Notes: generated from the letters alone by a model not told the origin. A stretch of DNA of 34,609 nucleotides from Malacoraja senta (GCA_038087875.1 JAXLNO010000529.1:434001-468609); one strand, 5' to 3'. Shown: positions 8,781 through 20,161, counted from the stretch's first letter. Numbers and translations: made by a program.

Positions 8781-11700
8781 AAAGGGACATTGAGGGTGGT
8801 CTTTGACTGTGCTGCAGTCTTTAAAGGTACATCGGTTAACAGTGAACTACTGCAAGGTCCAGACCTTACCAACTCACTCATTGGAGTTCTCATCAAATTT
8901 AGGCAAGAACCGATTGCTTTAATGGCTGACATCAGATCAATGTTTCATCAAGTGAAAGTAGCTGGTGAACATATTGATTACCTGCGATTCTTATGGTGGC
9001 CTGAAGGGGATGTGCAGCAAGATCTTGTTGATTACCGGATGAAAGTACATCTCTTTGGAGCAGTGTCATCTCCAAGTTGTGCGAATTTCACTTTAAGGAA
9101 GACCGCAGAGGATAATAAAGATTATTTCCCAGAGGAGGTAATTTCCACTTTGACAAATAATTCCTACGTGGACGATTGCCTAAAATCCATATCTACTGAG
9201 CAGAAAGCAATTCAAATGGTAAAACACCTGACCTCTCTCTGCAATAAGGGAGGATTTATACTTTCCAAGTGGATCAGCAACAATCGTGTTGTATTGGAAA
9301 GCATTCCACCAGATGACAGAGCTGAAGAAACCAAGGAGTTGGATTTAGTTAAAGACAATTTGCCAATGGAAAGGGCACTGGGACTGCACTGGTGCGTGGA
9401 AACGGCTGTGTTTAAGTTTAAATTGTCGATTCAGGAGCGACCATGTACAAGAAGGGGTATCTTTTCTGTGATTGGCGCACTATACGACCCTTTGGGATTT
9501 CTTGCACCATTTACACTGCCAGCCAAGTTAATTTTCCAAAATCTTTGTAAGGAAAAACTTGGATGGGATGAGAGTGTCCAACTCAAACATCCTCGCACCG
9601 TTGGACAGAATGGTTAACGGACCTCCATAAAATTTGAAAGTTTAAGGTGGATAGGTGCATAAAGCCTAAAAACTTTGGTAAGATCAGAAGTGCACAATTG
9701 CATCATTTTTCGGATGCCAGTGAAAGTGGTTACGGGATTGTTTCATATTTAAGACTGCAAAATGTTAACAAAAGAGTGCATGTTGCATTCTTAATGGGAA
9801 AAGCCAGAGTGGCACCAGTGAAACAAATGACAATTCCGAGAATGGAACTAACAGCAGCAGTCTTAGCTGTTAAAATTGACATAATGCTGCAAAAGGAACT
9901 ACAATTTCAACTGGAAGAATCTATCTTTTGGACCGATAGCACTACGGTTCTGAAATACTTCAATAATGAAAACAAACGCTTTATGACATTTGTAGCAAAT
10001 AGAATATCCTTTGTATTGGGAGCTACTAATGTTTCTCAATGGAGATATGTTAGCACAAAACAAAATCCTGTGGACGAAGCCTCTAGAGGACTAACAGCAA
10101 ATTGCTTTCTAAATAACAGGAGATGGATCAATGGGCCCAAGTTTCTTTGTGAACCAAGCAGAGAATGACCAAAGCTTGAACCCGAATTTGAAATCTCTGT
10201 AAATGATCCGGAAATTAAAAACACAACATTTCGGTGAATGTGATTGCTAAAGACTCATATGACACCGTGAACAACTTAATTACCCACTTTTCATCATGGA
10301 ATTAATTAATAACTTCGGTAGCCTGGTTTCTTAAAATAAAAACAAGATTATTGCTGGCGGCTCGGGAAAGGAGACAAATTACAGAGAGTATCCTGGTAGA
10401 GAATCCTGATAAACGGAAAGGAGAGATTGAAAGCCAGATGCAAGTTTTTGAAGCTTCATATGGCGTACAGGATTTACGTCTTGATGATGTCCTCAAGGCG
10501 GAAAATGCGATCATCTGTTTCTGTCAAAGACAGAAATACAAAGAAGAAATATTAACATTGGAAGCTGGAGGATAGGGGGTAAAAAGAAACAGTCAATTGT
10601 ACAAGCTCGACCCAGTCTGGGAGGAAGGTCTTCTGTGGATGGGTGGTCGCCTAAACAAATTGGCAATGCCCGTAAAAACTAAACATCCTATCATTCTCTC
10701 AAAGGACTTTTACATAGCGACATTATTTTTACGACATATTCATGAACAAGTTGGACATGGAGGAAGAAATTATATGTTATCCCAACTTGGTAACAAATAT
10801 TGAGTTATCAAGGCTGACTCTGCAGCATCACGAGGTTCTTGGTTGATGGGAAGAATACTAGAAATCATGCCTGACGTTCGGGGTTTGGTGCGTATGGTGC
10901 ATCTTAAAACAAAAAACAATGTTTAATAAGATTGATGTGATTTAAGTTGTACAGGATACAAACTTAAATCACACGGTATTGGGGGTTCAGTGTTGATGTG
11001 GATAGAGAACTGGCTGGCAAACAGGAAGCAAAGAGTAGGAGTAAACGGGTCCTTTCACAATGGCAGGCAGTGACTACTGGGGTACCGCAAGGCTCAGTGC
11101 TGGGACCCCAGCTATTTACAATTTATATTAATGATCTGGACGAGGGAATTGAAAGCAACATCTCCAAGTTTGCGGATGACACTAAGCTGGGGGGCAGTGT
11201 TAGGTGTGAGGAGGATGCTAGGAGACTGCAAGGTGACTTGGATAGGCTGGGTGAGTGGGCAAATGTTTGGCAGATGCAGTATAATGTGGATAAATGTGAG
11301 GTAATCCACTTTGGTGGCAAAAACGGGAAGGCAGACTATTATCTAAATGGTGGCCGATTAGGAAATGGGGAGATGCAGCGAGACCTGGGTGTCATGGTAC
11401 ACCAGTCATTGAAAGTAGGCATGCAGGTGCAGCAGGCAGTGAAGAAAGCGAATGGTATGTTGGCCTTCATAGCAAGAGGATTTGAGTATAGGAGCAGGGA
11501 GGTTCTACTGCAGTTGTACAGGGTCTTGGTGAGACCACACCTGGAGTATTGCGTACAGTTTTGGTCTCCAAATCTGAGGAAGGACATTATAGCCATAGAG
11601 GGAGTGCAGAGAAGGTTCACCAGACTGATTCCTGGGATGTCAGGACTTTCATATGAAGAAAGACTGGATAGACTTGGCTTATACTCGCTAGAATTGAGGA

Positions 11701-12176
11701 GATTGAGAGGGGATCTTATAGAAACGTACAAAATCCTTATGACGTTGGACAGGCTAGATGCAGGAAGATTGTTCCCGATGTTGGGCAAGTCCAGGACAAG
11801 GGGTCACAGCTTAAGGATAAGGGGGAAATCCTTTAAGACCGAGATGAGGAAAAACTTTTTCACACAGAGATTGCTGAATCTCTGGAACTCTCTGCCACAG
11901 AGGGTAGTTGAGGCCAGTTCATTGGCTATATTTAAGAGGGGGTTAGATGTGGCCCTTGTGGCTAAAGGGATCAGGGGGTATGGAGAGAAGGCAGGTACGG
12001 GATACTGAGTTGGATGATCAGCCATGATCATATTGAATGGCGGTGCAGGCTCGAAGGGCCGAATGGCCTACTCCTGCACCTATTTTCTATGTTTCTATGT
12101 TTCTAAGACGAATAACCAAGTTGTGTTTGCTTCTAGAAGGCGAAGGTGAAGATGGAAGAGTCGATGAAGAGCCATG
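8781..12176 (+). pseudogene. BEL/Pao pol relic (RT, RNase H/peptidase A17 region, integrase zinc-binding part, DUF5641-type C-terminus)
   Basis: [61 protein letters not shown], then ITKLCLLLE after the CR1 insertion. Stops and frameshifts present. Confidence 0.9.
10932..12103 (+). mobile_element. 5'-truncated young CR1 nested in the BEL pol C-terminus
   Basis: Nearly identical to 2285-3430; (tttctatg) tail; TAAGA repeated at 10927-10931 and 12104-12108 as a likely TSD. Confidence 0.92.
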
Positions 12177-12205
12177 ATTGCGGATATATAGTGCATGCTA
12201 TTTTT

Positions 12206-12280
12206 TCCTCGTTAGTATCGTGTTTAGTATCCCTGCCTGTCATGCGTTAGCCCGGGGTTCAATTTCCTGACGAGGAGCCA
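12206..12280 (+). tRNA. tRNA-Asp(GTC)-derived sequence with 3' CCA, probably non-translational, inside the BEL element
   Basis: 72 nt plus CCA, colinear with vertebrate tRNA-Asp (about 12 substitutions against the recalled consensus). Acceptor stem TCCTCGT/ACGAGGA perfect, anticodon loop CTGTCAT, T-loop GGTTCAAT; anticodon stem damaged. Confidence 0.85.
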
Positions 12281-12396
12281 CAGTGTTTAATTCCCTGACC
12301 TTTTGCTTTTGATAAATGTTAAGCCTTTATGGCCAATTCTTTTAATGTTTATTAGTAATTGCCTCGTTAGATACTCGGAACAATTAGGAGCTGGTA

Positions 12397-12879
12397 TGTA
12401 GTGGCCATTTGGCCTGTTTTGCATGTCACTGATGATGGCATGTGCCTTTAAATTTTAGACTGCCCGTTGTATTGTTGGTGGGATTTATGACGTGTTTTTG
12501 GGCGTGTTTGGAGCTTAGATGCTTGCGCAGATGTCTAGTTTTTAGATTAGTTTGGAGAGACGATGGAGAAGGTCAATCCTTCGACCATGTCAATGTTACG
12601 GAGACACGAGGCGTTTTGTAATGTTTAAAGTTGCAAGTTGGAATTGAAGGAAAATTGCAGTAACGAGTCGGAAGAAACTTGGATGTATTTTGCTGTTTAC
12701 CATCAACAATAAAGCATTTATTCAACAAAAGACTATGTGTTGAAGCTTTATGAGTGAAGAACTCTGAAGGTCTCTGAGGAAGCTTGCATGCATATCGAAG
12801 ATATTACCCTTATCCATTCTCATCCAAATAGCGGCTAGATAACTCGTTTCTCAAAAGATAAGAAAAATCTGCCGCAACA
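12397..12879 (+). repeat. BEL 3' LTR (483 bp)
   Basis: tgtagtggcc...gccgcaaca; about 20-25 differences from the 5' LTR by manual count. Confidence 0.92.
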
Positions 12880-13200
12880 CCAATGTTGGGTGAGTACAGA
12901 ACCAGGGGCCACAGTTTGAGAGTAAGGGGTAAGCCATTTAGAACGGAGACTATGAAACACTTTTTCTCACAGAAAGCTGTGAGTCTGTGGAATTCTCTGC
13001 CTCAGAGGGCGGTGGAGGCAGGTTCTCTGGATACTTTCAAGAGAGAGCTAGATAGGACTCTTAAAGGTAGCGGAGTCAGGGCATATGGGGAGAAGGCATA
13101 AACGCGGTATTGATTGGGAATGATCAGCCGTGATCACATTGAATGGCGGTGCTGGATCGAAGGGCCGAATGGCCTACTCCTGCACCTATTGTCTATTGTA
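12880..13200 (+). mobile_element. CR1 3' fragment
   Basis: Encodes RTRGHSL...WNSLPQRAVEA and carries the CR1 3' UTR. Confidence 0.85.
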
Positions 13201-13850
13201 CGCTAACAAAGTAGGCGAAGTGTTTACAGTACATTCGGCATTTCTGATCCGTTTAAATTCGGATGACATGCCGTTGCATTTGGCTCCAGTGTCGATCTTG
13301 GCAACAGTAATGGTGTTGTTGACATGAAGTGAAACTTCAGGGTTGAGTTGCTTGTTAGTGGAATCAACCAAGGAGTTTATGTTGTGGCTGCGATCTTCAT
13401 GCTCAGGGAGTAGAGCTGGAGGTGGCGCTGCTAGCTCTTGGTACTTGCTATCAGCAGCTTAATGTTTTAACCAGTGTACAGACTGCCTTGGGAGTGATGG
13501 ATTCCACGAGTACTGCAACATTTTGAGAAATTATTTCTTCTTTTGCAAAAATGGCATATTTTTCCGAGAGCAAAGCAAAGTTTGCGATCTGCAGGGTGGG
13601 AGCAACTAGTTAGAACACTTTCCAATAATTTGTTAGATTGTCGAGATGATGTGTGGGGTTGTGAGCGCTGTTTACGGTAGGAAGTGTCGACAGCATCGAC
13701 ATGGTATGAGGAATCCGGTCCGGGTCCCAATGACGTGGTGTGAGAGGTCATGATCTCATTAGTACGACAAGCATGTTCAGCTCGGGCAAGTGTCAGTTCA
13801 GTATCACAAAGTAATTCATCACATACTTTATCACTGAGAATTCCACCCAT
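13200..13850 (-). pseudogene. Gypsy-type gag (zinc knuckle) and aspartic protease relic
   Basis: LTLARAEHACR and CFALGKICHFCKRRNNFSKCC (degenerate CX2CX4HX4C), followed by KIDTGAKCN (DTG protease motif). Confidence 0.75.
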
Positions 13851-14032
13851 AGGCTGTGGACCGAGCATCAAAAATGTGTCTAGAAATCCATTTTCGTGAC
13901 CCACGTCACGGAACTACACGACATTTTCCACACATTTAGAGGAAATATAATTGAGAAGGAAGTCATAACCCGTCAGTGCCAAAGGTTGCACATTAATTAA
14001 TTAAACTAATTAGAAAATGAGATCGGGAAAGC

Positions 14033-14051
14033 AAGCGCCATCTAGTGGCCA
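14033..14051 (-). promoter_or_regulatory. CTCF consensus site
   Basis: The minus strand reads TGGCCACTAGATGGCGCTT, a close match to the CTCF core motif. Confidence 0.55.
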
Positions 14052-14182
14052 ATGTATATATACATCTTGTAAATATGACTGTAATCATATATAATTAAGT
14101 ATCATTATATCATATAAAAAATAATATGATGAATATAATTGTGAGTGTTTTTTTAATGACACTGTCGCATAGGTCCTGCCCC

Positions 14183-14535
14183 TGAACCAGCCTAATTAAT
14201 GGGTGAGGGCAGTTCTTGTGGATTCCTCCCTTTACTGAACCCCACTGACTGCCAGTGTGCAGAGTGGGGGTCACGGCCATAGTGGGACTGGGGCAGTCCC
14301 AGGCTGGGTGACAGCCCTGCAAGGCATCTTCCAGTCGCTTTAATAGGAAAGTTAATGAGACTGCAACAGAGGTCCCAGGTTTTAAGGGCTCATGAACCTG
14401 CCTAATTAAATGGTCAGGACAGATCCTCTGGGTTCCCCCGTTTACTGAACCCCACAGACTGCCATAGTGGGGAGAGTGGGGGTAACGGTCATAGTGGGAC
14501 TGGGGCAGTGCCAGGCCGGGGGACAGACCTGTAAG
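14183..14535. repeat. Diverged direct duplication (~140 bp arms, ~210 bp period)
   Basis: tgaacc..gcctaattaa...tttactgaacccca...catagtgggactggggcagt occurs twice. Confidence 0.8.
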
Positions 14536-14594
14536 AGACCAGTCTTATTTCTGATGTAACTGCCACATCCTGACCAAGAATCGAATGATCTGAT

Positions 14595-15205
14595 GTTTTA
14601 CCCCAGACCGGGTTTATTCCGCTCCCCTGTGTGTTTGTAACATTATTTACCTCAGTTTTACCCCAGACCGGGTTTATTTAAAATTCAAGAGAGTTTATTG
14701 TCGTGTGTCCCAGATAGGACAATGAAGTTCTTGCTTTGTTTCAGCACAACAGAATATAGACGACATGAATACAGAATAGATCAGTGTGTCCATATACCAT
14801 TGTATAAATATATACACACATTAATAAATAAAACAGATAAAGTGCAAATAAACAGATAATGGGCTATTAATGTTCAGTTTTGTTTGAGTTGAGTTGAATA
14901 TCCTGATGGCTGTGGGGCTGTTTGTGTATTTTGTTCCCCTGTGTGTTTATAACATTATTTACCCCGGTTTTACCCCAGACCTGGTTTATTCCGCTCCCCT
15001 GTGTGTTTCTAACATTATTTACTGTAGTGTACTGTATTATAACGTTATTTACTGTCACTGTATGTCACGTTGTTACTTGTGGGCGGAGCACCAAGGCAAA
15101 TTCCTTGTATGTGTATACTTGGCCAATAAACTTACTTAACCTCAGTTTTACCCCAGACAGGGTTTATTTTGTTCCCCTGTGTGTTTATAACATTATTTAC
15201 CCCAG
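14595..15205. repeat. 60-bp minisatellite with embedded Rex1-like tails; paralog of 32490-33100
   Basis: Unit gttttaccccagaccgggtttattccgctcccctgtgtgtttataacattatttacctca, interrupted by a minus-strand copy (about 14680-14918) of the 3530-3770 tail. Confidence 0.88.
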
Positions 15206-15234
15206 CCCAGTGACTAAGTGGGTTATCGCAGAGA

Positions 15235-15405
15235 TCTTCACTTTCCTCCCACACTCCAAATATGTGCATGTTTGTAGGTTAATTGACTTGGTATAAATGT
15301 AACATTGTCCCTAGTGTGTGTAGGATAGTGTTAATGTGCGGGGATCGCTGGTCGGTGCAGACTCGGTGGGCCAAAGGGCCTGTTTCCGCGCTGTGTCCCT
15401 AAATG
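15235..15405 (+). mobile_element. HE1-like SINE, 3' part
   Basis: ttcctcccacactccaaa...gtaggttaattg...gggccaaagggcctgtttccgcgctgt, matching 22653-22950. Confidence 0.8.
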
Positions 15406-15727
15406 TGAAACTTACCATGTCACATGAAGTGTTCTCCCCGCCACTGCCCCTGATACTGTGCCCTTTACCATGGACATTGAAACCCTGTGCACATACAGAA
15501 ACAGATAGGAGCATACAGGCAGTTCAAATATCTGGAGAAACACACCATGACAAACCAGATACTACTTTAACTGACAAAGAAATACTTTGAATTAAATGAG
15601 ACGTACAAGTAAAGGAACAGTAGTGAAGTTTGGCCCAGTTTATGCAACATTTGGCAGAATGGGGAAGACAGTCTAACCCTGGCAGACTCTTCCTGCATCA
15701 GATGACCCAGTCTTTGGAGATCCTGGG

Positions 15728-16470
15728 TGGAAACTAACACTAATTGGTCACCCCTTTAGAAAGGAGCAGAGAGGAAAGGAAATGGATTCTGGCAACAGAC
15801 ACAAACATACTAAACCAAATATAGATTTAGACCAATTCCAAACAAAGCTACAGTTGGGTGAATGGAAGGGGCAAGATTACCTAATTGTAATGAGTTAAAA
15901 ACACGTGTCATGAACATTAACCTACTTTCCCTGCAACAGGAGGCAACTAGGATGACTTTAACCAGGGAATGTAACCTGGTCTAAAACAAAGTGCTGGAAC
16001 TACTCAGTGGGTCAGGCAACGTCTACCTGCCTGCAAAGGGAATGGACAGATGTTTCAGGTTGGGATCCTTCTTCAGACTGATGGAGTAGGGTAGAGAAAG
16101 TGGAAGTGAAACTAACACTAATTGGTCATCTTCACAAAAGAGCAGAGAGGAGAGGAAATGGATTCTGGCAACAAACACTCAAACCAAATGTAGATTTAGA
16201 CAAATTCCAAAACTATAGTTGGGTGAATGGCATGATTGATAATTTGTAATGAGACATCAAGTGTCATCAACATTAAATTACTTTCCCTGCAACAGCAGCC
16301 AACTAGGATGACTTTAACCAGGGGATGTAACCTGGTCCAAAACAAAGTGCTGGAGATACTTGGCAGATCAGGCAACATCTACCCGACCACAAAGGGAATG
16401 GACAGATGCTGTCGTTTTCTGTTGGGACCCTTTCAGACTGATGGAGTCAGGCAGAGAAAGTGGGAAAGAG
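15728..16470. repeat. Old ~375-bp tandem duplication
   Basis: aaactaacactaattggtca...ttcagactgatggagt..agagaaagtgg occurs at about 15728-16105 and 16106-16470. Confidence 0.85.
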
Positions 16471-16480
16471 GTGGGAGCAG

Positions 16481-18619
16481 GACAAGGTCTCACATAAGAG
16501 ATTAGTATACAAACTTAAAGCACACGGTATTGGGGGTTCAGTATTGATGTGGATAGAGAACTGCCTGGCAGACAGGAAGCAAAGGGTAAAGGACAAAGGA
16601 CAAAGGACAAAGGACAAAGGACATTTATTATCACATACACCAATTGGTGTAATGAAATTCGACTTGCCAATGCAGCGCACAAATAACGATAACATTAAAT
16701 AATGTAACAATAAACATAAAAACATCCCCCCACAATGGTTCCCACTGTGGGGGAAGGCAGCAAAGTCCAGTCCCATCCTCAGTTCACCCATAGTCGGGGC
16801 CTATTGAGGCCTCTGCAGTCGCCGATACGGCAGCCCGATGCTTCAGGCTCTCTCGCCGGATGATGAAATTCTGGCATCGGGTGAACACTCTCAGCGGCCC
16901 GGAGTGTCTGGAGCGGCCGCTTCCTCCCAGGAGACCGCGGCTCCCGAAGTCCACGAGCCGCGCTGGTCGTAGCTCCGACTCTGGCGACCTCGTCGTGAGA
17001 TCCCAGGCTCCGCGGTGTTTAGGGTTCAGTGCCGCCCGCGGCTGGAAGCTCCACAGACCGCAGACCGCGGACCGCAGACCGCAGACCGCAGACCGCAGAC
17101 CGCAGACCGCAGACCGCAGACCGCAGACCGCAGACCGCAGACCGCAGACCACAGACCACAGACCGCAGCTCCGCGATGTTGGAGCCGGCGGTCACAACCC
17201 TCCGGAGCTTACTGCACGGCGACCTGCGTAAGGCATCGCCCGCTCCGCGATGGTACTTCAGCGCTGTGCCGCCGCCGAAGCTGAAGTCCTGGCCGGTCCC
17301 GGCAGGGAAACGGCGCTCCATTCTGCCCGTAGGCCGCGAGGAAGGGGCGAAGATACGGCTCGAAGAAAAACCGCAACTTCGACCAGGTAGGTACTGAGAA
17401 AATAGTTTACCCCTCCCCCCCACCCGCCACATAAAAAGACTAAAAGTCCTCCAAAACAAACACTTTTAACTAACTAAAAATAAAAAAGGGTGAAAAGACT
17501 AACAGCTGCTGGCAGGGCAGCCATACTCGACGGCGCCCCAGGTGGAGTAGGAGTAAACGGGTCCTTTTCACAATGGCAGGCAGTGACTAGTGGGGTACCG
17601 CAAGGCTCAGTGCTGGGACCCCAGCTATTTACAATATATATTAATGATTTGGACGAGGGAATTGAATGCAACATTTCCACGTTTTCGGATGACACGAAGC
17701 TGGGGGGCAGTGTTAGCTGTGAGGAGGATGCTAGGAGGCTGCAAGGTGACTTGGATAGGCTGGGTGAGTGGGCAAATGCATGGCAGATGCAGTATAATGT
17801 GGATAAATATGCGGTTATCCACTTTGGTGGCAAAAACAGGAAAGTAGACTATTATCTAAATAGTGGCCGATTAGGAAAAGGGGAGATGCAACGAGACCTG
17901 TGTGTCATGGTACACCAGTCATTGAAAGTAGGCATGCAGGTGCAGCGGGCAGTGAAGAAAGCGAATGGTATGTTAGCATTCATAGCAAAAGGATTTGAGT
18001 ACAGGACGAGGGAGGTTCTATTGCAGTTGTACAGGGTCTTGGTGAGACCACACCTGGAGTATTGCGTACAGTTTTGGTCTCCAAATCTGAGGAAAGACAT
18101 TCTTGGCATAGAGGGAGTACAGAGAAGGTTCACCAGACTAATTCCTGGGATGTCAGGACTTTCATATGAAGAAAGACTGGATAGACTCGGCTTGTACTCG
18201 CTAGAATTTAGAAGATTGAGGGCGGATCTTATAGAAACTTACAAAATTCTTAAGGGGTTGGACAGGCTAGATGCAGGAAGATTGTTCCCGATGTTGGGGA
18301 AGTCCAGGATAAGGGGTCACAGTTTAAGGATTAAGGGGAAATCCTTTAGGACCGAGATGACAAAAACGTTTTTCACACAGAGAGTGCTGAATCTCTGGAA
18401 CTCTCTGCCACAGAAGGTAATTGAGGCCAGTTCATTGGCTATATTTAAGAGGGAGTTAGATGTGGTCCTTGTGGCTAAAGGGATCAGGAGGTATGGAGAG
18501 AAGGCAGGTACAGGATACTGAGTTTGATGATCAGCCATGATCATATTGAATGGGGGTGCAGGCTCGAAGGGCCGAATGGCCTACTCCTGCACCTATTTTC
18601 TATGTTTCTATGATTCTAT
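16481..18619 (+). mobile_element. 5'-truncated CR1 interrupted by a retroposon
   Basis: DKVSHKRL...ADRKQRV at 16481-16588 resumes as VGVNGSFS at 17545 and runs to a stop at 18521 and the tail. RT motif reads FSDD. Confidence 0.92.
16589..17545 (-). mobile_element. ~950-bp non-coding retroposon with a central (CAGACCG)n repeat
   Basis: The minus strand starts ccacctggggcgccgtcgagtatggctgcc and ends acaccaattggtgt-atgtgataataaa-(gtccttt)n. Flanks gggta/gagta suggest a short TSD. Heptamer array at 17053-17168. Confidence 0.7.
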
Positions 18620-19043
18620 AATCAAACTGGCACAACAACATGCCAGCTATATCAAAGACAATCTTCACACAAACAGTGAACTCCCTAAATGAGCTGCCCA
18701 ATGCTGTAAATCTTACTATGGGCATCAAACGTGACCCGCTGAGTTACTCCAGCACTCTGTGAAACGTCACCTATCCATGTTCTCCACAGATGCTGCCTGA
18801 CCCGCTGAGTTACTCCAGCACTTTGTGCCTTTTTTGTAAACCAGCACCTGCAGTTCCTTGATTTTCATCCCAAATCTTCCCTGGTTTCAGGGCTTTTACT
18901 AAGTTTGGCATCTGTGCAATGGGTGCATTACGGGGAAAGGTAAAGGGTCACAGAGTAACAAAGAACCATTTTGCAGTAAAGAGCACAATATCTAATTTGT
19001 AGACAGCGCTTCCAATGTGCAGTGAATTCACATAACAGGTCGT

Positions 19044-19185
19044 TCCAATTTGTGGTCAACACTCCCACCGTGTGGAGATCCGCCGCATTGCAGGCCCGTC
19101 CAATTTGTGGTCAACACTCCCACCGTGTGGTGCTCTGCCGCATTGCAGGCGCGTCCAATTTGTGGTGAACACTCCCACCGTGTGG
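19044..19185. repeat. 55-bp tandem repeat, about 2.6 copies
   Basis: tccaatttgtggt.aacactcccaccgtgtgg at 19044, 19099 and 19154. Confidence 0.85.
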
Positions 19186-19480
19186 TTTAAGAAAGAATTG
19201 CAGACGCTGGAAAAATCGAAGGTTGACAAAAATGCTGGAGTAACTCAGCGGGTGAGGCTTCAGGTCGAGACTCTTCTTCAGACTGAAGTTGGGGTGGGTG
19301 CGGGAAAAAGAATGGAAAAGGCAGAGACAGTAGGCTGTGGGAGAGCTGGGAAGTGGAAGGAGGGAGAAACCACTGAACCATTGGAGAATGGGAAGATGAG
19401 GCCAGCGGTGGGATCCCGTTGGAGGTGGCGAAAATGTTGGAGGTGTATCTGTTGTATGTGACGGCTGGTAAGGTGGAAGG
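19186..19480 (-). mobile_element. Penelope-type terminal fragment
   Basis: aagaattgcagacgctggaaaa...tgctggagtaactcagcggg...cttcttcagactg. Confidence 0.55.
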
Positions 19481-19484
19481 TGAG

Positions 19485-20161
19485 GACAATAGACGATAGG
19501 TGCAGGAGTAGAGGCCATTTGGCCCTTCGAGCCAGCACCGCCATTCAATGTGATCATGGCTGATCATTCCCAATCAGTACTCCGTTCCTGCCTTCTCCCC
19601 ATATCCCCTGACTCCGCTATATTTAAGGGCCCTATCCAGCTCCTTCTTGAAAGCATCCAGGGAACCTGCCTCCACCGCCCTCTGAGGCAGAGAATTCAAC
19701 AGACTCACCACTCTCTGTGAGAAAAAGTGTTTCTTCGTCTCCATTCTAAATGGCTTACTCCTTATTCTTAAACTGTGGCCCCTGGTTCTGGGCTCCCCCA
19801 ACATTGGGAACATGTTTCCTGCCTCTAGTGTGTCCAAGCCCTTAACAATCTTATATGTTTTAATGAGATCGCCTCTCATTCTTCTAAACTCCAGAGTGTA
19901 CAAGCCCAGCCGCTCCATTCTCTCAGCATATGACAGTCCCGCCATCCCGGGAATTAACCTGGTGAACCTACGCTGGGCTCCCTCAATAGCAAGAATGTCC
20001 TTTCTCAAATTGGGGGACTAAAACGGCACACAATACTCCAGGTGTGGACTCACTAGGGCACTGTACAACCGCAGGAGGACCTCTTTGCTCCTATGTTCGA
20101 TTCCTCTTGTTATAAAGGCCAACATGCCATTGGCTTTCTTCACTGCCTGCTGCACCTGCAA
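19485..20161 (-). mobile_element. CR1 3' fragment
   Basis: ORF 19574-20008 matches the CR1 ORF2 C-terminus; 3' UTR present. Confidence 0.9.

Larger units (their letters stand above)
7940..12879 (+). mobile_element. BEL/Pao LTR retrotransposon, internally deleted
   Basis: Two TG...CA LTRs flank a decayed BEL pol; PPT-like ttaggagctggta precedes the 3' LTR; gag, protease and the integrase core are missing. Confidence 0.92.

Noticed and set aside
16784..17459. Multiple ORFs with RPQTAD/SAVCGL repeats
   Set aside because: Artefacts of the stop-free CAGACCG heptamer array.
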